Assembly (NCBI GenBank): GCA_015485125.1
Contig: WFUE01000115.1
Location: forward strand, 1 to 50,217
Length of the DNA: 50,217 nucleotides
Reading direction: 5' to 3'
Source: Lysobacterales bacterium
GTDB lineage: Bacteria; Pseudomonadota; Gammaproteobacteria; Xanthomonadales; S139-57
The notes under the pieces are model-generated. The model saw only the letters and a program-made list of their open reading frames with translations, did no database searches and was not told the origin of the DNA. A program made the translations under genes and the position numbers. Within the stretch, counting starts at the first letter, position 1; every line of letters starts with the position of its first letter. Positions 38,481 to 48,832 of the stretch are shown here, piece after piece.

Positions 38481-40664
38481 CTACTGCTTGCGGGCCACCT
38501 GCGGCTGGCTGCCACTGAGCAGACCGGCCAGATCAGCCACCACCCGTGCGCTCTCTTCCAGAATCAGGTCCGCGTCGTCCGTTTCATCACGGGTTTTCTT
38601 TTCATTGCCACTGCCGGGCTTGGCATCCGGCTCGGGCAGGGGAATGGCACTATCCAGTGGTTCGGGCTTGCCTTCGGCATTCAGTTGCAGCATGACCACG
38701 TGGCTGGCCTCATGCAAGGCGCGCACCTTTTCCTTGCCGGCCTTGCGCCGGGCCTCATTCTCATCCCATTCGGCCTTGCGTTTTTCCAGGTTCAGCGACA
38801 CCGTGGTGTCGTCCTGGCTCTCCCAGTAGGTTTTCCACTCCTGCAACAGTGCCTGCCAGGCCGGGTTCTTCTCCGCCCGCTGCCGGTGCTTCTCCGCCAG
38901 CGTTTCCACCCAGGTTTGCGGCTTTTGCGGCCAGGGCTGGTAGTCCGCCGGCTGGATCTGCATCCAGGGCAAGGGGTTCTTGAAGGCCCGTTCGCCGATG
39001 GGCTTGTGATTTTGCAAGGTGCCATAATCCAGATCCGGCTTTACGCCCTTGAGCTGGGTACTGCCACCATTGATGCGGAAGAATTGCGCCATGGTCAGGC
39101 GCAGCTGACCCAGCTCCGGCTTGTCGTTGCCGGCATAGCGATCCAGATTGATCAGATCCTGTACCGTGCCCTTGCCAAAGGAGTTTTCTCCCAGTACCAG
39201 CCCGCGACCATAATCCTGAATGGCGGCGGCAAAAATTTCCGAGGCCGAGGCACTGTTGCGGTTGATCAGCACCGCCAGCGGGCCATCCCAGCTGATGCCG
39301 GGGTCATCATCACCCTGCACATCCACCGCGCCACGCTGGTTGCGCACCTGCACCACCGGGCCCTGGTCGATGAACAAGCCGGTCAGCTGATTGGCTTCCA
39401 GCAGGGAGCCGCCGCCGTTGTTGCGCAGGTCCATGACGATACCCTCCACCTTCAGGGCCTTCAGCTGTTCCAGCAGCTTGCGCACATCACGTGTGGTACT
39501 GCGGTAGTCCGGCTCGCCACGGGCACGGCCGGCAAAATCCAGATAGAAAGCCGGCAGATAGATTACACCGATCTTGTGTGATTGCCCCTGTTCGTCATCG
39601 AACTGGAGCAGGCGGGCCTTGGCGGCCTGATCTTCCAGCTTGACCTTGTCCCGCAGGATGGTAATGGTCTTGACCGGGCCGTCCAGACCGCTATCTGCGG
39701 GAAGAATCTGCAAGCTGACGCGGGTATTTTTCGGCCCGCGGATCAGATCCACCACATCATCCAGCCACCAGCCCACCACATCGGTGAATTCTTCCTCGTC
39801 TTCCTGCTTGACGCCAACGATGCGATCACCGGCCTTCAATTCACCCTGCTTGTCCGCCGGGCCACCCTTGACCACCCGCACTACCTTGGTGAGATCGTTG
39901 TCGTTCTGCAGTACGGCACCAATGCCTTCCAGCGACAGGCGCATATTGATGTTGAAGGTTTCCGTGGCGCGCGGCGACATGTAACCGGTGTGCGGCTCGA
40001 TGCTTTCGGTCCAGGCATTCATGAACATCTGGAAGATGCGATCGGCATCGAGACCGGAAACCCGCTTGTACAGATAGGTATAGCGTTTTTTCAGCAGTTC
40101 ACGGATCTTGTCGTCTTCCTTGCCGGCCAGCTTGAGGTTGAGCCAGTCGTTTTTCACCCGCTTGCGCCAGATCTCATCCAGCGCGGCTTCATTTTTCGCC
40201 CAGGGTGCTTCGGTACGATCAAAGCGGTAGGTTTCGTCCTTGCTGAAATCCATGGGCTGCTGCAGGTAATCCAGCGCCTTCTTGACCCGCTGGCGTACCC
40301 GCTCGATATAGACATTGAAGATGGCAAAGGGCGGGGTCACATCCGAGTCACGAATGGCTTCGTCCAACTGGTTTTTATAGGCGGAAAAGCTGTCGATATC
40401 CGACTGGAGAAAATAGCTGCGATTGGGGTCCAGCGCTTCCAGGTAGGCGGTAAGAATATCCGCCGAGAAATCATCGTTGAGCTTGCGCGGCTTGTAGTGA
40501 AAATATTCCAGAAAACGATTGGACAGGTGCACCGCCTCACGCTCGGAAGGCTTGGGCTTGACCAGCGGCGGGTGGCTGTCGAGGTTCGGTGGCTGAACGC
40601 TGATTTCCGCCTGTACGGAAACGGCCAGAAACAGCCAGCAAAAAAGGTGCACGATGGTTTTCAT
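38481..40664 (-). CDS. prc: Carboxy-terminal processing (tail-specific) protease Prc, S41 family
   Basis: Starts MKTIVHLFCWLFLAVSVQA with a GGGAGAA SD. It has a PDZ domain, the S41 catalytic region (NSASASEIFAAAIQD, GKGTVQ) and a long charged C-terminal extension. Confidence 0.9.
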   Translation of the reverse strand: MKTIVHLFCWLFLAVSVQAEISVQPPNLDSHPPLVKPKPSEREAVHLSNRFLEYFHYKPRKLNDDFSADILTAYLEALDPNRSYFLQSDIDSFSAYKNQLDEAIRDSDVTPPFAIFNVYIERVRQRVKKALDYLQQPMDFSKDETYRFDRTEAPWAKNEAALDEIWRKRVKNDWLNLKLAGKEDDKIRELLKKRYTYLYKRVSGLDADRIFQMFMNAWTESIEPHTGYMSPRATETFNINMRLSLEGIGAVLQNDNDLTKVVRVVKGGPADKQGELKAGDRIVGVKQEDEEEFTDVVGWWLDDVVDLIRGPKNTRVSLQILPADSGLDGPVKTITILRDKVKLEDQAAKARLLQFDDEQGQSHKIGVIYLPAFYLDFAGRARGEPDYRSTTRDVRKLLEQLKALKVEGIVMDLRNNGGGSLLEANQLTGLFIDQGPVVQVRNQRGAVDVQGDDDPGISWDGPLAVLINRNSASASEIFAAAIQDYGRGLVLGENSFGKGTVQDLINLDRYAGNDKPELGQLRLTMAQFFRINGGSTQLKGVKPDLDYGTLQNHKPIGERAFKNPLPWMQIQPADYQPWPQKPQTWVETLAEKHRQRAEKNPAWQALLQEWKTYWESQDDTTVSLNLEKRKAEWDENEARRKAGKEKVRALHEASHVVMLQLNAEGKPEPLDSAIPLPEPDAKPGSGNEKKTRDETDDADLILEESARVVADLAGLLSGSQPQVARKQ

Positions 40665-40688
40665 CTTGTTCTCCCGAATCATTCTCCC

Positions 40689-41687
40689 TCAGACCCCGCT
40701 TTCCGATTGTGGTTCCAGCAGACCGGCCACGGCGGCCAGATTCTCCGCATGGTAGGAAGATCTTACCATGGGGCCGGATGCCACATGGCGGAAGCCCATG
40801 GCCCGAGCCAGCTCGCCAATGTGTTCGAACTCGTCCGGGTGCCAGTACTTGAGCACCGGGTGATGGTGTCGGCTGGGTTGCAGATACTGGCCCACGGTGA
40901 GCAGATCTACCTCATGGGCACGCAGATCTTCCAGACAGGCCTTGACCTGATCCAGGTCTTCACCCAGGCCCAGCATGATGCCGGACTTGGTCGGCACCTG
41001 CGGAAAGGCCTGGCCAAATTCGCGCAATACCCGCAGGGACCAGAGATAATCCGCGCCCGGGCGCACATTGGGGTAGAGCGCCGGCACGGTTTCCACGTTA
41101 TGGTTGAACACGTCCGGCAGTGCCTGCGCAAAGGTTTCCAGGGCGATTTCCCAGCGCTTGCCACCACGAAAATCCGGGGTGAGAATTTCAATGCGGGTGG
41201 CCGGGCTGCTGGCCCGTACCGCCTCGATGCAGTCACGAAAATGGCCGGCACCACCGTCTCGCAGATCATCGCGATCCACCGAGGTGATCACCACATAGTT
41301 GAGCTGCATTTCCACTACCGCCTGGGCCAGGTTGCGCACTTCGGCCGGGTCCGGTGGTTGTGGCCGGCCATGGGCCACATCACAGAAGCTGCAACGACGG
41401 GTACAGACCTCGCCCAGAATCATGAAGGTGGCGGTGCCGGAATGGAAGCACTCATGCAGGTTGGGGCAAGAAGCTTCTTCGCAGACGGTATTGAGGCTAC
41501 GCTGGCGCAGGCGGCTTTTCAGTTTCTCCACATTGCCCCCGGCCGGCAGGCGGATGCGTATCCATTCCGGCTTGCGCAGGCGCGGTGCCTCCCGATCGTA
41601 GGCGGCGCGGTTGCGGGCCACCTTGGCCGCTCCCTTGCCCTGGTCCGGCTGTGGCGCTACCGCCAGTGGGATGGTCTTGTCATTCAC
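40689..41687 (-). CDS. lipA: Lipoyl synthase
   Basis: The radical-SAM motif [10 protein letters not shown] and the auxiliary cluster [12 protein letters not shown] are present. I place the start at GTG 41687, overlapping the lipB stop. The ORF track extends to 41735. Confidence 0.92.
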   Translation of the reverse strand: MNDKTIPLAVAPQPDQGKGAAKVARNRAAYDREAPRLRKPEWIRIRLPAGGNVEKLKSRLRQRSLNTVCEEASCPNLHECFHSGTATFMILGEVCTRRCSFCDVAHGRPQPPDPAEVRNLAQAVVEMQLNYVVITSVDRDDLRDGGAGHFRDCIEAVRASSPATRIEILTPDFRGGKRWEIALETFAQALPDVFNHNVETVPALYPNVRPGADYLWSLRVLREFGQAFPQVPTKSGIMLGLGEDLDQVKACLEDLRAHEVDLLTVGQYLQPSRHHHPVLKYWHPDEFEHIGELARAMGFRHVASGPMVRSSYHAENLAAVAGLLEPQSESGV

Positions 41688-42312
41688 GAATAAACTCCAG
41701 GGAAAATTGACGGCCCAGTTCGGCCAGCAGGCCATCTTCGACGGCTGTCCGGCTCACGGCCGGATAAAAACGGGACAATTGTGTCACTTCCAGCCCGGCA
41801 TAGCCACAGGGATGGATGCGCTGAAAGGGCGAAAGGTCCATCTGGTGGTTGAAGGCCAGGCCATGATAACTGCACCCCCGGCGCACCCGCAGGCCCAGGG
41901 CGGCAATCTTGGCGCCATCCACATAGACACCAGGCGCGCCCGCTCGGCGCTCCGCCACAATATCCAGCCGGGCCAGATAGTCGATGACCGCCTGCTCCAA
42001 GCCGTGGACCATGGCCTTGACCCCCAGCTTCAACCGCTTCAGTTGCAACAGGGGGTAGATCACCACCTGCCCCGGCCCGTGGTAGGTTACCTGCCCGCCC
42101 CGGTCACAATGAACCAATGGAATGTCACCGGCATCCAGCACATGCTCGGCCCGACCAGCCTGCCCCAGGGTGAACACCGGTTCATGCTCCACCAGCCAAC
42201 AGGCATCCCGGGTGTGCTCATCCCGTTGATCGGTGAAATCCCGCATGGCCTGCCAGACGGGTTCATAAGGTTGCAGACCGGGCCAGCGGCGCAGCGTACA
42301 GGGCCGGAGCAT
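41680..42312 (-). CDS. lipB: Octanoyltransferase LipB
   Basis: Likely start [23 protein letters not shown] at 42312. It contains [23 protein letters not shown] and the catalytic HPCG. Confidence 0.88.
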   Translation of the reverse strand: MLRPCTLRRWPGLQPYEPVWQAMRDFTDQRDEHTRDACWLVEHEPVFTLGQAGRAEHVLDAGDIPLVHCDRGGQVTYHGPGQVVIYPLLQLKRLKLGVKAMVHGLEQAVIDYLARLDIVAERRAGAPGVYVDGAKIAALGLRVRRGCSYHGLAFNHQMDLSPFQRIHPCGYAGLEVTQLSRFYPAVSRTAVEDGLLAELGRQFSLEFIRE

Positions 42313-42314
42313 GC

Positions 42315-42590
42315 TCAGAGTGCGACCAGAATTTCCGGTGCGTCCGTCAAGGCGTGATAGATGCGATCCAGCTGGTCCTGATCGCTGGCCTGGATACAAG
42401 CCGTCACGGCGATGAAATTGCCCTTGCCGCTGGGCTTCTCTTCCCAGGTCAGCACATGCGCGGCCGGCACATGTTCGGCCACGATGCGCTCGAAGACCTC
42501 GCGCACCGGCTGATCCGCCCGCCCCATGGCCTTGACCGGGAACTCGCAGGGAAATTCCAGCAGGCTGTTTTCACGCTTTTCATCAGTCAT
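42315..42590 (-). CDS. ybeD: YbeD/DUF493 family protein
   Basis: 91 aa: [25 protein letters not shown]... It keeps the conserved dacA-ybeD-lipB synteny. Confidence 0.85.
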   Translation of the reverse strand: MTDEKRENSLLEFPCEFPVKAMGRADQPVREVFERIVAEHVPAAHVLTWEEKPSGKGNFIAVTACIQASDQDQLDRIYHALTDAPEILVAL

Positions 42591-43764
42591 CGTTTCCCCC
42601 CAGCCAGCCTTCCAGCCACAGACTGGCGCCATCACCCAGGCGTTTCCACAAACCGCCCTCAGCAACGCTTTCCGCAGCCAGCAACGGGCGCTCCACCACC
42701 GGCTGATCGCCCAGGCGGATATTGAGCTGGCCCAAAGCCTGGCCCTTGTGCACCGGTGCCAGCAATGGCTCGCTGAGGGACATGCTGACATCCAGCAAGC
42801 CATAGCTGCCACGGGGAATGGTCACCCATACGGGTGCATCCACCGTCAGCACGAGCTGATCTTTTTCACCTTTCCATACACGCACTTCACTGATTTTCTG
42901 CCCCGGCTCGTAGAGCTTTCTCGTCTCGAAAAAGCGGAAGCCATAGCCCAGCAGCCGCTGGGAATCGTCCGCCCGCGCCTTTTCACTGCGGCTGCCCATG
43001 ACCACGGAGATCAGCCGCATGCCATCCTTGCGCGCGGAGCTGACCAGGCAGTAACCGGCGGTACTGGTATGGCCGGTTTTCAGGCCGTCCACGCTGGGAT
43101 CGCGGAACAGCAAGGTATTGCGGTTGCTCTGGCGAATGTTGTTGTAGGTCATCTCGCGAATGGCAAACCAGCGGTAGTAATCGGGGAACTCCCGGATGAT
43201 GGCCGCGGCCAGCCGGGCCATGTCCCGGGCAGTGGTGAGGTGGCCTTCTGCCGGCAAACCCGAAGCATCCTTGAAGGTGGTCTGGTTCATGCCCAACTGG
43301 TGGGCATACTGATTCATCAGGCTGACAAAGGCCTCCTCGCTGCCGGCCACATGTTCGGCCAGCGCCACGGTGGCATCATTGCCCGATTGCACGATCATGC
43401 CCTTGATCAGCAATTCCACCGGTACCCGCTTGCCCACTTCCACAAACATGCGCGAGCCTTCGGTACGCCAGGCCTTTTCGCTGATCGGAACTTCTTCGTC
43501 CAGGTGAATACGCCCGGCCTTGAGTTCCTGAAAGACTACATAGGCGGTCATCAATTTGGTCAGGCTGGCCGGTTCCATGGGCTGGTCGGCATTTTTCTCG
43601 GCGATCACCTTGCCCGAGTCGAAATCCTGCAACAGGTAGGAGCGCGCACTGACCTGGGGCGCCGTGGGCACCGGTCGAGCCAGGGGTGCGGCCTGCAATA
43701 CAGCAGCGAAACCACACAACATCCACGCCAGCAACAGGCGGGTATAGCAAGCAGATATCTTCAA
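42583..43764 (-). CDS. dacA: D-alanyl-D-alanine carboxypeptidase (PBP5/6 class)
   Basis: 393 aa with a signal peptide. Motifs are SxxK (ASLTKLMT), SGN (QSGND) and KTG (LKTGHT). Confidence 0.9.
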   Translation of the reverse strand: MKISACYTRLLLAWMLCGFAAVLQAAPLARPVPTAPQVSARSYLLQDFDSGKVIAEKNADQPMEPASLTKLMTAYVVFQELKAGRIHLDEEVPISEKAWRTEGSRMFVEVGKRVPVELLIKGMIVQSGNDATVALAEHVAGSEEAFVSLMNQYAHQLGMNQTTFKDASGLPAEGHLTTARDMARLAAAIIREFPDYYRWFAIREMTYNNIRQSNRNTLLFRDPSVDGLKTGHTSTAGYCLVSSARKDGMRLISVVMGSRSEKARADDSQRLLGYGFRFFETRKLYEPGQKISEVRVWKGEKDQLVLTVDAPVWVTIPRGSYGLLDVSMSLSEPLLAPVHKGQALGQLNIRLGDQPVVERPLLAAESVAEGGLWKRLGDGASLWLEGWLGGNDD

Positions 43765-43767
43765 GTT

Positions 43768-44550
43768 CTACTCCGTAACGATATGCGGGGGCTCCAGCCC
43801 CATGTCCAGCAGACGGCGGGTGAGGCGGTCGGCTTCATCCACGCTGCGCAAGGGGCCCAATTGTAAGCGATAGACGGATGGGCCTGAAGAAAGTTTCACT
43901 TTCTGCAGGCGGGTTTTCTTCATCCCGGCGGCAGCCAGCCGCTTTCGCAAGACACGGGCATTTTCCTTGAGCGAGAAAGCGCCAACCTGCAACCAGAATT
44001 GATCGATAGACGCCACTTTCGGTGGTTGCCGTTTTTCATCGGGGAACAGGGCTTCCACCCGCACCAGCGCGGTACCCTTCCGGGTCATGCCCAGCTTGCG
44101 GGCCGCCGCCCAGGAAAGGTCGATGATGCGGTTGTCATGAAAAGGACCACGATCGTTGACCCGCACCCGTACCGAGCGGCCATTTTCCAGATTGGTCACC
44201 CGCACCACGGTGGGAATGGGCAGGGTCTTGTGGGCGGCAGTGAAGGCATGCATGTCATAGACTTCCCGGCTGGAAGTCAGCTGGCCATGAAACTTGTTGC
44301 CGTACCAGGAAGCGATACCGGTCTCGCTGTAGCCACGCGCCGTGGGCAGCAGATGATAGGTGTGCCCCAACACGGTATAGGGGTTCTTGTTGCCATAGCG
44401 GGAAGGGGGTTCGTCGATGGGCTGCGGTTCGCTGTAGCTTCGGGACGGCCCCGTGACCGGCGGCCCATCCTGGGCGGGCCGGCGTGGTGTGTCCCGATGG
44501 CTACAGGCCGTCAACCAGAGCAGGGCCAGGATCAGACTCGCGATTCTCAT
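43768..44550 (-). CDS. rlpA: Septal-ring lytic transglycosylase RlpA (DPBB + SPOR), lipoprotein
   Basis: Starts MRIASLILALLWLTACS, in an ATGA overlap with the mltB stop. The DPBB domain reads ASWYGNKFHG...VNDRGPF. The C-terminal SPOR domain reads FWLQVGAFSLKENA. Confidence 0.9.
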   Translation of the reverse strand: MRIASLILALLWLTACSHRDTPRRPAQDGPPVTGPSRSYSEPQPIDEPPSRYGNKNPYTVLGHTYHLLPTARGYSETGIASWYGNKFHGQLTSSREVYDMHAFTAAHKTLPIPTVVRVTNLENGRSVRVRVNDRGPFHDNRIIDLSWAAARKLGMTRKGTALVRVEALFPDEKRQPPKVASIDQFWLQVGAFSLKENARVLRKRLAAAGMKKTRLQKVKLSSGPSVYRLQLGPLRSVDEADRLTRRLLDMGLEPPHIVTE

Positions 44551-45491
44551 TGGGCAATGGCTTCCGCCAGCTGGCTGACAGCCATGGCGTAGAGCGGGCT
44601 GTGGTTGTAGCGGGTGATGGCGTAGAAATTTCGCGTACCCAGCCAATACTCATCTCCACGCTGGCCTTTCAGGCGCACGATGACCGCTTCCAGCTCACCG
44701 GGCAACGGCGCGCCCTCCAGCACAAAGCCCTGCTGGAGAATCGCCTCCACCGTAGTGTCGGGCTTCATCTTGCGCGGCTTCACAACCGGTACCGGCCGCG
44801 GCGGCCGCAGGCGACGAATCACCGGCTGGTTGCGCTGCCAGCCATGCCGGGCCAGGTAATGGGCCACGGAACCGATGGCATCCTCCGCGGAACCCAGCAG
44901 GTCCGCATGGCCGTCCTCGTCAAAATCCACCGCGTATTCCAGATAGCTGGTGGGAATGAACTGCCCATAACCCATAGCCCCGGCATAGGAACCTTTCAGG
45001 GCCAGCACATCCAGCCCCTGTTGCCGGGCCAGCTTGAACAGGGCCAGCAACTGCTTGCGGAAAAACTCGCCTCGCTTGGGGTAGTGAAAACCCAGGGTGT
45101 AGAGCGCGTCCAGCACGCGGTAACGGCCCGCATGCCGGCCATAGCGGGTTTCCACACCAATGATGGCGGTGATGATTTCCGCCGGTACCCCGTACTGGTT
45201 TTCCGCCCGCCTGAGGGCCAAATGATGTACCTGCATGAAACGCCGGCCCCCTTCGACGCGACCCGGTTGCAGGAAAATGGGGCGGTAGTCCTTCCAGGCC
45301 TTGCCTTCCGCCGGGCGGCTGATGGCCTCGAGAATGGAGGTCTTCTTTTCCGCCTGGGCCATCCAGGCGCGAATTTGCTCTTCCGTGTAGCCGGATTGCC
45401 GCGCGGCCTCGCGAATGAAGTTCGCGTCCACTTCCGCCGCCTGCAACGGCGGCCAGCACAGTAAAAGGGCGAGCACGATTCCGTAGCGCAT
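44547..45491 (-). CDS. mltB: Lytic murein transglycosylase B
   Basis: 314 aa with a signal peptide and MltB/Slt35-type motifs (IIGVETRYG, GAMGYGQFIPTSY). Confidence 0.88.
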   Translation of the reverse strand: MRYGIVLALLLCWPPLQAAEVDANFIREAARQSGYTEEQIRAWMAQAEKKTSILEAISRPAEGKAWKDYRPIFLQPGRVEGGRRFMQVHHLALRRAENQYGVPAEIITAIIGVETRYGRHAGRYRVLDALYTLGFHYPKRGEFFRKQLLALFKLARQQGLDVLALKGSYAGAMGYGQFIPTSYLEYAVDFDEDGHADLLGSAEDAIGSVAHYLARHGWQRNQPVIRRLRPPRPVPVVKPRKMKPDTTVEAILQQGFVLEGAPLPGELEAVIVRLKGQRGDEYWLGTRNFYAITRYNHSPLYAMAVSQLAEAIAQ

Positions 45492-45559
45492 GATGGATAT
45501 TCCAATGAAACTCAGGAGCAGAGCCTACACCAAGCACACAGGCCCTTGAAAGTGCTTAT

Positions 45560-48115
45560 TCAGGCCGGGCGCTTGCGGAAGGCCTGAAAGTTGATCCGGT
45601 TCAAGGGCATGGGCTCACCGATGAAGTGCCCCTGTACATAATCCGTGCCCAGCGAGCGGGCCATGTGCACGCCTTCCACGGAATCCACATGCTCGGCGAT
45701 GGTCTTCAACCCCAGGGCGTGCGCCATGGCGTTGATGGATTCCACCATGGCGCGGTCGGTTTCGCTTTCCATCATGGTTTCCACGAACATGCCGTCCACC
45801 TTGAGAAAATCCACCGGCAGGTGCTTGAGATGGGCAAAGGAACTGAAGCCGGTACCGAAATCATCCAGCGCGAACTGGCAGCCGATCTTGCGCATGGCCA
45901 GGATGGATTTGCGCGCCGCGCTCAAATGCTCGATGGCCGCGGTTTCGGTGATTTCGAAGATGATGCGTTCCGGCTGGATCTTGCTGGAGGCGATTACGCC
46001 CCCCAGCGTGGCCATCATCTCGGTGTCCTGTAGGGTGTGGTTGGAGAGATTGATGGTGAAAGACAGTGGATAGCGGGTCTCGCCCAGCACTTCCAGATTG
46101 CGCACCGCCCGCTTGAGCACCCAGAGGTCGATTTCCTGCGCCATGCCCACTCTTTCGGCCAGGGGCACGAATACGGCGGGTGAGATCCACTGACCACGGC
46201 TGTCCTTCATGCGCAGGAGCAACTCGAAGATGAACTCCGGCGTCTTGCCGCTGGCCGGGCGCAGTTTCCATACCTGCCCGGCGATGGCCTTCAGGTTTTC
46301 CATGTCCAACACATCCAGGTTGACGATGGGCTGGGCCATGAGCATGAAATGATTCTTGCGGATGGCCTGTTCGAAACGATGTTTCCAGCCCTGATCCACT
46401 GCCGCGCGGGTGTCGCGGTCCTGGCGGTCGATGAACAAGTGTGTCTGGTTACGGCCTTTCTTCTTCGCTTCCTCGCAGGCCTGGCGGGCCTGATCCAGCG
46501 CCATGACCGCCGACGGGGTTTCATCCGAAAGTATGCTCACGCCGATGGAAGCGGTCAGCGAGCGGCGCTTGCTGCCCACCGGATAGTCCACCCGCCGTAC
46601 CAGCTCACGGAAATCCTCGGCCTGTACCAGCAGGCGATCCATGGCGATGCCGTGCAGGTAGATGGCAAAGATATCCCCTTCCAGCCGGCAGACCAGGTCC
46701 CCTTCGCGCATGCGCGCATTCAGCTGTTCGGCCACGCGCGCCAGCAGTTCACGGCTGCCCTCGCTACCCAGCAGATCGCGCAGGTGGCGAAAACGGTCGA
46801 TGTCCAGATACAGCAACGCCCCGTGCTGCTTGTGCTGACGCAGGGATTGCAGCTGTTCGTCCAGTTGCTGCTGAAAATAGCGCCGGTTGGGCAGGCCGGT
46901 CAGGGCGTCATGGTTGACTTCCCACTGTAGTTGCTCCGCCTGCTTGCGCTGGGAAATGTCGCGGAAGACCACCACGCTGCCCTGGCGCTGACCGTCGATG
47001 ATCATGGGCTTGACGGAGCACTCCACCACCAGGTTCCGGTTCTCCCCGGTCTGGAAAACCGTTTCTACCTGGGTGAGCGCCTCGCCCCGCTCATAGGCCT
47101 GTTGCAATACGGATTCCGCCGGGGGAACCCGCTGGCCACCGGCATCGGCGTAGTGGAACAGATCCAGCGCGGGCTGGCCGATGACCTGTTCGGCATGACT
47201 GAACTGCAGCATGGCACAGGCTGCCGGGTTGATGAACTTGACCCGGCCTTCGATATCCACGCCATAGACGCCGTCCGCCACCGAGGCCAGTATGCCCTGC
47301 AGATATTCCCGCTGTTGCGCCTCGCGTGCCTGCGCCTCGATGGCACGGGCCAGCGCATTGATGCGGGAAACGAACAGTTCCTTGGCCTCGTTCTTGAACA
47401 GGCATTCCAGCGCGCCGGCATCCAGACAGGCCTTGATCACCGATTCTCGATAGGTGCCGGTAATGATGGCCACCCGCATCGGCGGCTCCCGTTCCACCAG
47501 CTCCCGGCACAACTGGTCACCGGTGCCATCCGGCAGAAAATAGTCGCAGATGACCAATTCATATTCGCCGTCATCCGTCTCCGCCAGACGCTTGCGGGCT
47601 TCTTCCAGGGTAGCGGCCACATCCACCTGATAGCCCTGGGTTTCCAGCAGCTGGCGATAGGCGAAGCGCACGCTTTGCGAGTCATCCACAAACAGCAGGC
47701 GCATGCCCTGGGCCGCACTGGGCGCGCTGACGGTTTCATCAGGCAGCAGCCTGGCCAGCCGCGAGGGAATCTGGCCGAAATGGGCCCAGCTCAACTGGGC
47801 GGTGTGCCCGCGCTGGCGGCTCCAGTTCTGCAGGCGCTCCTCATTTTTGTGTGCCATCAGCAGCACAGGCACCTGCTGCAAGGGGCCGCCGGCCAGTTTG
47901 TCCATGATGGCTTCAAAATCGGCTTCTTCATGGCCGGGCACGCCCAGGACGATGGCATCGTAGCCTTCCGCCGCCATTTCGGCTTCCTGCAAATACCACA
48001 GGCCATCCTCGTAACTGGAAGCCAGCACATGTTCCGCATACCTGCCCACCTTCAGGGCCCGTTCCAGCAAATGGGCCAGTGTATGAACAGGCTCGATCAG
48101 TAAAATCCCCGGCAT
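45560..48115 (-). CDS. Multidomain c-di-GMP signalling protein: pseudo-receiver + receiver + PAS + degenerate GGDEF + EAL
   Basis: Starts MPGILLIEP at 48115. REC1 lacks the acceptor Asp (YDAIVLGVPG). REC2 is canonical (FVDDSQ, VICDYFLPDG, IITGT, FKNE). The GGDEF signature is replaced by EGDIF, while an upstream RxxD (REGD) is kept. The EAL domain carries ELL, INLS, EITE, DDFGTG, KVDG and QGH. Confidence 0.85.
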   Translation of the reverse strand: MPGILLIEPVHTLAHLLERALKVGRYAEHVLASSYEDGLWYLQEAEMAAEGYDAIVLGVPGHEEADFEAIMDKLAGGPLQQVPVLLMAHKNEERLQNWSRQRGHTAQLSWAHFGQIPSRLARLLPDETVSAPSAAQGMRLLFVDDSQSVRFAYRQLLETQGYQVDVAATLEEARKRLAETDDGEYELVICDYFLPDGTGDQLCRELVEREPPMRVAIITGTYRESVIKACLDAGALECLFKNEAKELFVSRINALARAIEAQAREAQQREYLQGILASVADGVYGVDIEGRVKFINPAACAMLQFSHAEQVIGQPALDLFHYADAGGQRVPPAESVLQQAYERGEALTQVETVFQTGENRNLVVECSVKPMIIDGQRQGSVVVFRDISQRKQAEQLQWEVNHDALTGLPNRRYFQQQLDEQLQSLRQHKQHGALLYLDIDRFRHLRDLLGSEGSRELLARVAEQLNARMREGDLVCRLEGDIFAIYLHGIAMDRLLVQAEDFRELVRRVDYPVGSKRRSLTASIGVSILSDETPSAVMALDQARQACEEAKKKGRNQTHLFIDRQDRDTRAAVDQGWKHRFEQAIRKNHFMLMAQPIVNLDVLDMENLKAIAGQVWKLRPASGKTPEFIFELLLRMKDSRGQWISPAVFVPLAERVGMAQEIDLWVLKRAVRNLEVLGETRYPLSFTINLSNHTLQDTEMMATLGGVIASSKIQPERIIFEITETAAIEHLSAARKSILAMRKIGCQFALDDFGTGFSSFAHLKHLPVDFLKVDGMFVETMMESETDRAMVESINAMAHALGLKTIAEHVDSVEGVHMARSLGTDYVQGHFIGEPMPLNRINFQAFRKRPA

Positions 48116-48214
48116 CAGGCTCTCCTTGCAGGCAAACACAAAAGGAGTATACAGAAACATGAGCCACTCTGCCGAAATTCGGCAGCCGCCGATACAAGCG
48201 GAGACGACGAAAGG

Positions 48215-48754
48215 TCAGCGCAATCGCTGCAACAGGCCAGGCAGGAAGAACTCCGCCACCAACAGGGGCTGGCGGGCAAGCCGGTAGTGATTGCGCCGGC
48301 CCCAATGACCCTGCCCCTCGGGCAGGCACAGATCCAGTCGTGTACGGCTCAGGCCGGGACGGGTGAAGAGGATCTCGCCCAGCGGCTGCTCGCCCAGCCG
48401 GGCCAGGATGCGCCAGCTGCCCCGCAACACATCCAGCGGAATAATACTGCGGGCTTCCACCACCGCCTGCGGCCCATCCAGCAAGCGCACTTCCCGCACC
48501 AGTGCCAACCGCCCCGGCGGCAGGCCCAGCTGAAACGCTTCCTCCAGCCGGGGGCGTGACAAACCATGTTGCAACACCTCGACCTTCAGCTCATGAAGAC
48601 ACAATTGACGCAGACGGCGGGTGAGCGAGTCTTCACTACACAGCCAGCGGCGCAGACGGGCGGGCATGGCCGGCACCCGCGCATTGGCATGAGACAGCCA
48701 GCGCACGGGCTGACTGGCCGGAGAAAGCAGGCTGCGAGGCGGGTTCACGTTCAT
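48215..48754 (-). CDS. ubiC: Chorismate--pyruvate lyase (UbiC family)
   Basis: LRRWLCSEDSLTRRLRQL..., REVRLLDG.., LGEQPLGEILF are UbiC-family hallmarks. The start is either 48754 (MNVNPP) or 48799. Confidence 0.75.
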   Translation of the reverse strand: MNVNPPRSLLSPASQPVRWLSHANARVPAMPARLRRWLCSEDSLTRRLRQLCLHELKVEVLQHGLSRPRLEEAFQLGLPPGRLALVREVRLLDGPQAVVEARSIIPLDVLRGSWRILARLGEQPLGEILFTRPGLSRTRLDLCLPEGQGHWGRRNHYRLARQPLLVAEFFLPGLLQRLR

Positions 48755-48832
48755 CAGGCGCGCAAGGATAGCAGGAAATCCCTCCCTGCGCTCACACACC
48801 GAGCAGACCTTTATTGCGCAGGAAAACCGGTC

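Noticed and set aside
48169-48186. 17-bp palindrome CTGCCGAAATTCGGCAG between ubiC and the GGDEF/EAL gene, considered as a terminator or operator.
   Set aside because: No T-run follows it on the minus strand, and the effective stem is short once a minimal loop is allowed. I have no motif family to assign it to, so it stays an unexplained palindrome of low weight.
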